54,582 nt of DNA, taken from Archangiaceae bacterium. GTDB taxonomy: Bacteria > Myxococcota > Myxococcia > Myxococcales > Myxococcaceae. The notes under the pieces were generated by a model that saw only the letters and a program-made list of their open reading frames with translations, did no database searches and had not been told where the DNA came from. The position numbers were made by a program, and so were the translations under genes. Numbering within the stretch: the first letter of the stretch is position 1; each line of letters opens with the position of its first letter. The stretch is taken from contig JAYVCD010000069.1 in assembly GCA_043750125.1 (NCBI GenBank), positions 1 through 54,582 on the forward strand. The letters run 5' to 3'. Positions 19,361-27,279 of the stretch are shown here, piece after piece.

Positions 19361-20397
19361 GCGCCTGCGGCGACCTCGTCACAGAGCGCGGTGACCGATT
19401 CGACCGGAGTCGGGGGCAGAATCCCGTGCCCGAGGTTGAAGATGTTGCGCGTGCTCGGGTGTTTGCCCATTTCGTCCAGCAGCGCGCGGGTTGCCGAGCG
19501 CACCACTTCCGGAGAGCTGAACAGCAGAATCGGGTCGATGTTTCCCTGCAGCAGGTGGTTTGGATACGCCGCACGCGCCTCGGCCCAGGGGGTGCGCCAG
19601 TCGAGGCTGAACCCATCGACTCCGGATTCTCCGAGCACGGGCAGCAGGTGGTGGCCGCCGCGGACGAACAGCAGCGTGCGCCGCCCCTTCGCCTTCATCG
19701 CGGAAGTGATTTTCTGCAGCGCGGGGATCGCGAACCGCACGTATTCCTCGCGGGACAAGAGCCCGCCCCAGGTGTCGAACAGCTGGACCAGATCGGCCCC
19801 GGCGGCGCACTGGGCTTCGAGCAACCCGGTGACGACTTCGGCGATCGTCGACAGCGCGCGCTCGGCCAGCTTCGGCTCGTTGTGCAGCATCGTCCGCGCG
19901 TGGCGAAAGTCGTCGCTGCCGCCGCCTTCGACGCTGTACGCAAACAAGGTGAATGGCGCGCCGGCAAACCCGATCAACCCGTGTGAACCATTGAGCGTCT
20001 TGGCCAGGTGCGAGACCGCGGCGGGCACGTAGCTCAACCGCTGCTGCACTCCGTCGACCTTCCACGCGGCGAGGTCGGCCGCAGAGCGCATCGGGCGGGC
20101 AATCAGCGGGCCTTCTCCTTTGCCGAAGGTGACCCCCAGCCCGAGCGCTTCAGGCACCACCAGAATGTCGCTGAAGACGATCGCCGCATCGATCTTGAAC
20201 TTTTGCAGCGGCTCGAGGGCGACCGCGGTCGACAGCTCGGGGTTCTGGCAGACGTCCCAGAACCCATGCTTCAAGCGCGTGGCGCGGTACTCGGGAAGGT
20301 ATCGGCCGGCTTGACGCATCAGCCACACCGGGGGCCGGTCGACCGGCTCTCCTGCCAGTGCCGCCAGAAATCGCGCTCTTCGAGTCAGCTTCTGCAT
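19357..20397 (-). CDS. hemE: Uroporphyrinogen decarboxylase
   Basis: PVWLMRQAGRYLPEY, FSDIL, IGFAGAPFTL, QLFDTW, FNLGHGI. Confidence 0.96.
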   Translation of the reverse strand: MQKLTRRARFLAALAGEPVDRPPVWLMRQAGRYLPEYRATRLKHGFWDVCQNPELSTAVALEPLQKFKIDAAIVFSDILVVPEALGLGVTFGKGEGPLIARPMRSAADLAAWKVDGVQQRLSYVPAAVSHLAKTLNGSHGLIGFAGAPFTLFAYSVEGGGSDDFRHARTMLHNEPKLAERALSTIAEVVTGLLEAQCAAGADLVQLFDTWGGLLSREEYVRFAIPALQKITSAMKAKGRRTLLFVRGGHHLLPVLGESGVDGFSLDWRTPWAEARAAYPNHLLQGNIDPILLFSSPEVVRSATRALLDEMGKHPSTRNIFNLGHGILPPTPVESVTALCDEVAAGA

Positions 20398-20428
20398 CGT
20401 GCCTTCAAAGCCCAGCTCGGGCTCGCCA

Positions 20429-20447
20429 TCGTCACCAATCTGTCACC
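20429..20447. promoter_or_regulatory. Pho-box-like 11-bp-spaced direct repeat in the divergent hemE/hemD promoter
   Basis: tcGTCACCaatctGTCACC: GTCACC at 20431 and 20442, exactly one helical turn apart, as in OmpR/PhoB-family sites. Confidence 0.5.
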
Positions 20448-20490
20448 CCGGGTGCGCGCCGCGTGAATCTCTGCGCTGATCTCCCCCGAC

Positions 20491-21225
20491 GTGATTTCGA
20501 CCTGGGTCTTGACGCGCGCACAGCCGGACGCAGACGCGGATGCTGCCGTTCTGCGCGCAGAGGGAATAACCGCGCGGGTGGTCCCGTGCATCGAACGCGT
20601 CGCACTGGGGTGGCCGAAGTGGGCGACCGCGCATGATCACCGGGTGATTTTGATCAGCAGCCCGTTCGCTGCAGCTCAGCTCGCCCAGGCCTGGCCCACG
20701 CTGCCGGCTCCCCGTCCCAAAGTTGCGGCGATGGCGCCCGTCACTTCGCTCAAGCTGGAAGCCGAAGGCATCCCCGTGGACGTCCGGGCCGAAGGAGGGG
20801 TGGTCGCCCTCGCCCAGGCCCTGCAGCGATGGCACGGGCAAAACCACGGAGCTCTGGCGGTCCTGTATCCGACCAGTGATGCCGGCCTTCGCCAGGCCGA
20901 GCAGGACGAAGCGATCGCGCTGATGCGCTCGTTTGCGGTGGTGGATCGGGTTCCGGTGTATTCGACCCGCGCACCGGCGGGACTGGACGCCGCGCTCGCC
21001 GGGTTGGAACCGGGGCTGGGGTACGTCTTCATGAGCCCTTCGGCAGTCGAGAATGCGCTGGCCTCTTTCGCCGCCCAGGGGAAGGGGCTGTGGGCCGGGG
21101 CGGTGGCCTGCATCGGGCAATCGACGCTTCGCCGCTTTGTCGAGCGGGCCGTGCAACCGGCGCCGACCCACCATTCATCATTCGGCGCTTTCGTGACGGC
21201 GCTGCTCAAGGAGAAGACGCGATGA
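20491..21225 (+). CDS. hemD: Uroporphyrinogen-III synthase (divergent)
   Basis: VLTRAQP, LISSP, VPVYST, FMSPSAV, ACIGQST pattern; coupled to hemB. Confidence 0.8.
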   Translation: MISTWVLTRAQPDADADAAVLRAEGITARVVPCIERVALGWPKWATAHDHRVILISSPFAAAQLAQAWPTLPAPRPKVAAMAPVTSLKLEAEGIPVDVRAEGGVVALAQALQRWHGQNHGALAVLYPTSDAGLRQAEQDEAIALMRSFAVVDRVPVYSTRAPAGLDAALAGLEPGLGYVFMSPSAVENALASFAAQGKGLWAGAVACIGQSTLRRFVERAVQPAPTHHSSFGAFVTALLKEKTR

Positions 21226-22184
21226 AGATTCCTGTTCGGATGCGCCGGCTGCGCCGAAACGCCGGTATTCGTCGGCTGATGGAAGAAACGTCGTTTGGGC
21301 CCCAGAACCTGGTCCAGCCGTACTTCGTGGTTCCTGGCACGGGCATCCTCAAAGAGGTCAAAGCGGGGTACGGGCTGTGGCACATCAGCGCCGACCGGTT
21401 GCTCGAAGAGGTGCAGCCGCTGGCCAAGGCGGGCCTCGGAGGCGTGATGCTCTTCGGGGTCCCCGACGAGAAGAGCGATGATCCCACACGACTGCCCGCC
21501 CAGCTCGCGCCGCTGACCGAAGGAATCCAGCGACTGAAAGATGCGCTGCCGACGGTGCCGCTGTTCGCCGACGTGTGCTTGTGCTCGTTCACCACCCACG
21601 GGCACTGCGGGGTGGTCGAAGGCGATCAAATCGTCAACGACAAGAGCGTCGAGCTGCTCAGCACCTTCGCCGTATTGCTGGGTAAAGCGGGGATCGACTT
21701 CGTTTCCCCCAGCGACATGATGGACGGCCGGGTGGCCGCGATGCGCGCCGCGCTCGATGGAGAAGGGCTCACCGATGTCGGAATTCTCTCCTACGCGGTG
21801 AAGATGGCTTCGGCCTTCTACGGTCCGTTTCGCGATGCGGCCCACAGCACTCCCTCGTTCGGAGACCGCGCCAGCTACCAGCAGCCGGCCAACAACCGCC
21901 GCGAGGCGCTGCGCGAGCTGCAGTTGGACGAAGCGGAAGGGGCCGACGCGCTGCTGATCAAGCCCGCGATGACCAACCTCGATTTGCTTCGCGACGCCCG
22001 CGAGCGGTCCGACCTGCCGCTGTTCGCGTACCAGGTGTCCGGGGAGTACGCGATGATTCGCGCCGCTGCCGACGCCGGGCTGCTCGACTTCGAGCGGGCA
22101 ATTCGCGAGACCATTACTTCAATCAGGCGGGCAGGCGCGGACGCAGTGGTGAGCTACTACGCGCGCGTCCTGCTGCGCAGGTGA
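21222..22184 (+). CDS. hemB: Porphobilinogen synthase (Zn-type)
   Basis: RMRRLR, DVCLCSFTTHGHCG, SDMMDGRV, FYGPFRDA, AYQVSGEY. Confidence 0.96.
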   Translation: MKIPVRMRRLRRNAGIRRLMEETSFGPQNLVQPYFVVPGTGILKEVKAGYGLWHISADRLLEEVQPLAKAGLGGVMLFGVPDEKSDDPTRLPAQLAPLTEGIQRLKDALPTVPLFADVCLCSFTTHGHCGVVEGDQIVNDKSVELLSTFAVLLGKAGIDFVSPSDMMDGRVAAMRAALDGEGLTDVGILSYAVKMASAFYGPFRDAAHSTPSFGDRASYQQPANNRREALRELQLDEAEGADALLIKPAMTNLDLLRDARERSDLPLFAYQVSGEYAMIRAAADAGLLDFERAIRETITSIRRAGADAVVSYYARVLLRR

Positions 22185-22324
22185 GAGCGGAAAAGAGCCC
22201 CAACCCCGGGGCGAGAAGACGGACGGCGAAAACGTTGCGCTGGGAACGCGGTTGCGTTTCCCATTGTTTGGTCTAGAAATTATGACGCGCTGATCTACGA
22301 GGACCGGCGCGGGGGGCAGTCGAG

Positions 22325-22672
22325 ATGATTGAGATTTTCAAAGAACGGCGGATGTACAGCTACTCACAAGCGCGGTGTCACGAGCGCTACCCGGCGCAAT
22401 TTCCAGTGCTGGTGAAATGCAACGAGTACCGGCTGTACGACGAAGTCCGTGACGTTTCGGAAACAGGAATCGGAGTGGCGACCCTGCACCCGATTCCTCC
22501 GATGAGCCTGGTCAAGTTGGTGCTGGAAGCGCCCCACGTGCGGGACCCGATCGAAGTGGTGGGCCGGGTGATGTGGAGCCGGCCTGGAGCGATGGGAATT
22601 CGCTTCGAGCAGTCGGACACCCGGCTGTTTGACGCGGTGGATCGCATCGCCAAAGACCTGCAGCGCATCTGA
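22325..22672 (+). CDS. Stand-alone PilZ-domain protein
   Basis: RxxxR (RCHER) and DxSxxG (DVSETG) c-di-GMP motifs; GRVMW...MGIRF. Start could be 22352. Confidence 0.8.
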   Translation: MIEIFKERRMYSYSQARCHERYPAQFPVLVKCNEYRLYDEVRDVSETGIGVATLHPIPPMSLVKLVLEAPHVRDPIEVVGRVMWSRPGAMGIRFEQSDTRLFDAVDRIAKDLQRI

Positions 22673-22676
22673 AACG

Positions 22677-22699
22677 CCGCGCTATAAAGCGCGGGTTTT
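22677..22699 (+). terminator. Possible intrinsic terminator after the PilZ gene
   Basis: CCGCGCT-ataa-AGCGCGG stem followed by GTTTT; the T tract is short and overlaps the next start codon. Confidence 0.4.
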
Positions 22700-24182
22700 G
22701 AATCGGCTCTTCCTGCTCGTCGCGTCCCTGCTTTGCGCGACCGCGTTCCCTCAAGCAAACAGCGATCGCGTCAGCGCCGGCGGGTACTACCGGATCATGG
22801 CGCGCCCCGATTTTCAGGGTGGAATCGGGCGGTTGGGCTTCTGGAATCTCTACGGCAGGCTGCTCAACGAAGACCCGTTCGCGTCGCTCGAGCTGAAGCT
22901 CGACATGCTGCAGGCCCCCCCGGGTTCCAGCGCCACCACCGCCAGCATCCACGCCAAGATTGAAGGAGGCACCGTCGCCAACTCGGACTTCAAGAACGGG
23001 TCGCTGGCCTTCTTCCGGCTCGCCCAGCTCTACGCGGAAGTGGGCAATGTCTTTCTGGACAAGGTCACCTGGCGGCTCGGCACGCTCGAGTACTTCTTCG
23101 GCGGAGACCTGAGCCTCTACGATCGGAAACCGGCCGCGCTCTTCACCGACACGGTCGGGCTGATGGCCACCTACCGGCACGATCGGTTCGACCTGCGAAT
23201 CGGGCTGGGCGACTCGGGCTTCGCCGTTCGCGGGCTGAACTACGCCCCCATCTTCAACGCCGGCGCCGGCGCGACGGTGCGCCTGGTCCCCGGACACCTC
23301 GAGGTGGGGGGAGGCGCCCAGGTCGCCTACGAGCCGTTCGTCGAGGGCAATCGCAACTCGAGCTACGTCACTCCCGAGGTCCGGTACGAAGACTTCCTGC
23401 GCAAGGAAGTGGTGAAGCACTTCGTCGAGACCCACCCGGGGCAAGAAGGGCTGTTCTTCAAGCCCCAGCCCAGCGCGCAGCCGTCCACCTCGTGGCGCGC
23501 GGTGGGCTACCTGGGCTTCGGGGAATTCGGCCCCCTGAAATGGGACAAGCTCTTCGTTTCCTATCGCCGGCTGCACCCCGACAATTTCTACGACGAAGGA
23601 ACTGTCCGCATCTACATCGCCGACCTCACCCGCGACCGGTACCAGCTCGAGCTCGGCAATGAAGCGCTGGTGACGATCTGGCCCGAGCGCATCGACGCCG
23701 CCTGGGGCGTGCTCTACGGGGACGACAGCAACCTCGCGAACACCATCGCTGCCGGGGAAGACAACCGCACCTATATGTCGACGGTGTTGAGGGTGCAGGT
23801 CTACCTGACCCACACGGTCCACGTGCTGCTCGAGGGGGTCCTCGCGCAAGAGAAGTCGAAGAACGGCAACTTGTGGCGCGAGCACTACGACTCGATTTTC
23901 CGCAACACCGCTCTGACTTCCGATAGCCGCGGCCTCGAAATGGGCGATGCCCGCGTCCGCAACACGATGCAGCTCAAGGGCGGGCTGGTGCTCAATCCCA
24001 CCGGGCTGGGAATTTACGCGCGCCCGTCGCTTCGGCTGCTGTACGGAGTGCAGTACTCGAGCATGCAGGCCGCGTTCGGAAACGGCTTTTCGGAATCGCT
24101 CAACCAGTTCAACGAATTCCCGGTCGGCTCCGAGCGCCACTGGCACCACCTCATTTCGCTCGAGTCGGAAGGGTGGTTTTGA
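22698..24182 (+). CDS. Carbohydrate-specific outer-membrane porin (LamB/maltoporin-like)
   Basis: Signal peptide; GYYR...GRLLNE resembles LamB GYxR...RLGNE; amphipathic strands; RPSLRL; terminal EGWF; coupled to an amylase. Confidence 0.7.
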   Translation: MNRLFLLVASLLCATAFPQANSDRVSAGGYYRIMARPDFQGGIGRLGFWNLYGRLLNEDPFASLELKLDMLQAPPGSSATTASIHAKIEGGTVANSDFKNGSLAFFRLAQLYAEVGNVFLDKVTWRLGTLEYFFGGDLSLYDRKPAALFTDTVGLMATYRHDRFDLRIGLGDSGFAVRGLNYAPIFNAGAGATVRLVPGHLEVGGGAQVAYEPFVEGNRNSSYVTPEVRYEDFLRKEVVKHFVETHPGQEGLFFKPQPSAQPSTSWRAVGYLGFGEFGPLKWDKLFVSYRRLHPDNFYDEGTVRIYIADLTRDRYQLELGNEALVTIWPERIDAAWGVLYGDDSNLANTIAAGEDNRTYMSTVLRVQVYLTHTVHVLLEGVLAQEKSKNGNLWREHYDSIFRNTALTSDSRGLEMGDARVRNTMQLKGGLVLNPTGLGIYARPSLRLLYGVQYSSMQAAFGNGFSESLNQFNEFPVGSERHWHHLISLESEGWF

Positions 24183-26323
24183 TGACGCGCGTGGCCTTCG
24201 TCCTGCTGGTGCTGGCCGGTTGCGTGCGAAGCGTCCCGCAGCAGAAGGCGAAGGTGGCCACCCCGCTGACGGTGGGCTGGGCGCTCGAGTCTGATCGTTC
24301 GGCCGAGTCGCTGCCGGTGCCGCCGAAGCTCACGTCGCAACTGGCCCTCGCGGTGCGAGAACGCAACCTCGCGTTCGAAGACGTGGGGCCGCTGAACGGA
24401 GCGCGGCTCACCGCCCCCCGCCTGGAAGCGCTGCGCGCGACGAACGCTTCGGGTTGGGTGCTGCTGGTTGAAGCGCGGGCCTCGTTCTTCTCTCAGCTCG
24501 AAGGCCGCTACCGGTGGACCGTCGTCGTGAAGCTGACCGCTTCGTCGAAGCCGGGCGAAGCGGTGGAAGACTCGTTCACCGTTCCCGCGCTGCTGCAGTT
24601 CGAGCACGAGCGAGAAGCGCAGGCGCTGGACGCGGTCGCCGCAGACATCGCTCAGCGGGCGGGCACGCTGCTCGACGGGCTGTTGGTGGGCGCACCTCAG
24701 GCAGGCAAGGTCTCAGCCCCCGGTGGGCTGGTCTACTTCGTGATGGTCGATCGCTTTGCCAATGGCGATCGATCGAATGATGGAAAGGTGGATCTCGAGG
24801 ACCCTGCCGCCTTTCACGGGGGCGATCTTCAGGGTGTTCTCGACCGGCTCGATTGGCTTCAGGGGCTGGGAGTCCGCACCGTCTGGCTGTCTCCGGTGTT
24901 CGCGATGCGACCGGACAAGTACGGGCCCTGGGGTGCGTTTCACGGCTACTGGACCTGGGATCTCAACCAGGTGGATCCCCGCTTTGGAAACGAAGCGCTG
25001 CTGACCCGGCTTTCGGACGCGCTGCACCAGCGGGGGATGCGCCTGGTGATGGATCTGGTGCTCAACCACGTGGGGCCCGACGCGCCGCTGGCGAAGGAAA
25101 AGCCGAGCTGGTTTCATCGGCAGGGGGGGATCACCGACTGGAACGACCCCCAGCAACTGGTCAACGGCGATGTGCACGGGCTGCCCGACCTGGCCACCGA
25201 GCGCGAAGACGTCTACCAATTCCTTCTCGACGCGAGCCTGAAGTGGATTCGCGTTGCCCGGCCCGATGGGTTTCGTCTCGACGCGGTCAAGCATCTGCCG
25301 CTGGCGTTCTGGTCCCGCTTCAACCGCGACATTCGCAACGCCACCCGCCCCGACTTCGAGCTGCTGGGCGAGATGCTCGATGGCGACCCGGAGCACGTCG
25401 CCCGGGTGCAGCGCGAGGGCGGCTTCACGACGATGTTCGATTTCCCGCTTCACTTCGCGATCGTCGACGTCTTCTGCAAAGGCCAGAGCGCAGCGCGGCT
25501 CGGCGCGGTGCTCACGTCCGATCGCCTCTACCCCTCGCCCGGAACGCTGACCACGCTGGCCGACAACCACGATCTGCCGAGGCTGATGACCCAGTGCGGA
25601 AACGACCTCGAGAAGGCAAGCCAGGCGCTCGCGTTCCTGCTCACCGCGCGGGGCGACCCATCGATCATCTGGGGAACCGAGAGCGGGCAGAAGGGCGAGA
25701 AAGATCCTCTCAACCGTTCTTCGATGCAGTTTGCCCAGGCGCCGTTGAGCGCAGAAATCACCCGGTGGACTTCGCTGCGTGCGACCAGCCCCGCGCTCGA
25801 CCATGGCGTGACCCGGGTGATCGAAGCTTCCCGCGATGTCTTTGCCTCACTGCGCCTGGTCGATGATCAGGCCGCGCTGTTCGTCTTCAACCGTGCCGCC
25901 GTCGAATGGAAAGCGCCCGCCCTCGAGGGCACCTGGAATCAGCCCCTGGTCGTCGCGCCACGGTCGGTGAAGCTGTTCCTCGCCCGCGGCTCGTTCAAGC
26001 TGCAGACCGCCGCGGCCCGCGCGCTGTCCGGGGGCACCGCGCCGACCCGTGATGTGCGCTTCGTCGCGCGGGGGGCGAGCCAGGACGATGACGTCCGGGT
26101 GGTCGGCTCGGGCCCCGAGCTGGGCTCCTGGCGGCCCGAAGCGGGGCTCAAACTCACCGGCGCCATGGGAAGCGCGAAGTTGCCGATCGATGGAGTGTTC
26201 GAATTCAAGCTCGCGGTGAAGAGCGGATCCGGTCCGTGGCGTTGGAATACCGGCGAAAACCAGGTTCTGCAGGTCGGCAGCGTCGCACCGCAGCAGGTCG
26301 AGCTCAGCTGGAGAGAAGGGTGA
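24182..26323 (+). CDS. Lipoprotein alpha-amylase (GH13) with extra N-terminal domain and C-terminal CBM20
   Basis: Lipobox LVLAG-C; VDRFANGD, GGDLQG, FHGYW, DLVLNH, DGFRLDAVKH, LGE, DNHD; VVGSGPELGSW starch-binding motif. Confidence 0.9.
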   Translation: MTRVAFVLLVLAGCVRSVPQQKAKVATPLTVGWALESDRSAESLPVPPKLTSQLALAVRERNLAFEDVGPLNGARLTAPRLEALRATNASGWVLLVEARASFFSQLEGRYRWTVVVKLTASSKPGEAVEDSFTVPALLQFEHEREAQALDAVAADIAQRAGTLLDGLLVGAPQAGKVSAPGGLVYFVMVDRFANGDRSNDGKVDLEDPAAFHGGDLQGVLDRLDWLQGLGVRTVWLSPVFAMRPDKYGPWGAFHGYWTWDLNQVDPRFGNEALLTRLSDALHQRGMRLVMDLVLNHVGPDAPLAKEKPSWFHRQGGITDWNDPQQLVNGDVHGLPDLATEREDVYQFLLDASLKWIRVARPDGFRLDAVKHLPLAFWSRFNRDIRNATRPDFELLGEMLDGDPEHVARVQREGGFTTMFDFPLHFAIVDVFCKGQSAARLGAVLTSDRLYPSPGTLTTLADNHDLPRLMTQCGNDLEKASQALAFLLTARGDPSIIWGTESGQKGEKDPLNRSSMQFAQAPLSAEITRWTSLRATSPALDHGVTRVIEASRDVFASLRLVDDQAALFVFNRAAVEWKAPALEGTWNQPLVVAPRSVKLFLARGSFKLQTAAARALSGGTAPTRDVRFVARGASQDDDVRVVGSGPELGSWRPEAGLKLTGAMGSAKLPIDGVFEFKLAVKSGSGPWRWNTGENQVLQVGSVAPQQVELSWREG

Positions 26324-27279
26324 GCCCAACCATCGGAGTGGTGCTGCTCCACCGGGGCGACCCGTCGAGCCCCGAAGAGGCGAAGGTCTGGCTCAAGACG
26401 GCCTACTCCGACCCACTGGCCTACCGACTCTCGTTTGGAAGTGAGGCCCAGAAAGCGCTCGCGGTGCCGCTGGCCTGGTGGGACGGCAAGGCCCTGGCCC
26501 AGAAGCTCAGAGACATCGGGGGGAAATCTCCCGTCGTCTCGAAGACGGTGGAGCTCGCGCACGCGCTCGAGGCCAGGCTCAATGGGCTGGGCGCGGCGAG
26601 GTTCAAGGTGCTCCCCGGCTTTCGTTACAACTCACCGTCCGCGGCCGAGGCCTGCGCCGAGTTCCAAAAAGAAGGGATCCAACGCATCGTCGGGCTCTCG
26701 CTCTACCCGCAGCAGTGCAAGCGTTTCTTCACCTCTTCGGGCCAGCACCTGCAGCGGGTGGCAGCCGAAGGCACCGAGGTCTCGCTGATCGATCGCCTCG
26801 CCCACCCGCTGTACTTCGAAGCGGTGCGGACCTCGATTGCTGCGGCGCTCGAGCGGGCTCCGGACGCTTCGGTCGTCTTCGCCGCCCTCGCGCTCGATCG
26901 TTCGGACGCGCTCGAAGGAGACCCCTACCCGGATCAACTGGTCGCCGCGGTCGAGGGGATCATGAGCAAGCTCGAGCGTCCCCATCGCTTGAGCTGGCTC
27001 GAGCTGGGAGGCCCCGGCCTGTCGACCGAAGAGATGCTGAAAAAATATCGGGAAGGGGGCTCGGGAAGCGTCGTCCTTTGCCCGTTGGGCACGGTGGTCG
27101 ATGAGCTCGAATTGATCCACAGCCTCGACTTCAAGCTTCGCCCGATTGCCAAGGCGCTCGGGTACACCCACGTCGAACGCGCGGCTTCAGTCAGCCCCTC
27201 GCCGCTGTTCCTCGAGGCCCTGGCGAACCTCGTTCAGGATCATCTCGCCCGGGTCGGCGCGTTGGGCTTCGTCGGGTAG
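26320..27279 (+). CDS. Ferrochelatase-like protein lacking the catalytic His (probable pseudoenzyme)
   Basis: VVLLHRGDP, IGGKSP, FRYNSP, LYPQ and GDPY follow the HemH order, but FSAHGLP is replaced by FAALALD. Confidence 0.75.
   Translation: MSPTIGVVLLHRGDPSSPEEAKVWLKTAYSDPLAYRLSFGSEAQKALAVPLAWWDGKALAQKLRDIGGKSPVVSKTVELAHALEARLNGLGAARFKVLPGFRYNSPSAAEACAEFQKEGIQRIVGLSLYPQQCKRFFTSSGQHLQRVAAEGTEVSLIDRLAHPLYFEAVRTSIAAALERAPDASVVFAALALDRSDALEGDPYPDQLVAAVEGIMSKLERPHRLSWLELGGPGLSTEEMLKKYREGGSGSVVLCPLGTVVDELELIHSLDFKLRPIAKALGYTHVERAASVSPSPLFLEALANLVQDHLARVGALGFVG

Noticed and set aside
22252..22280. TTGCGT...TAGAAAT promoter upstream of the PilZ gene
   Set aside because: Spacing and -10 register do not fit together well enough to call.
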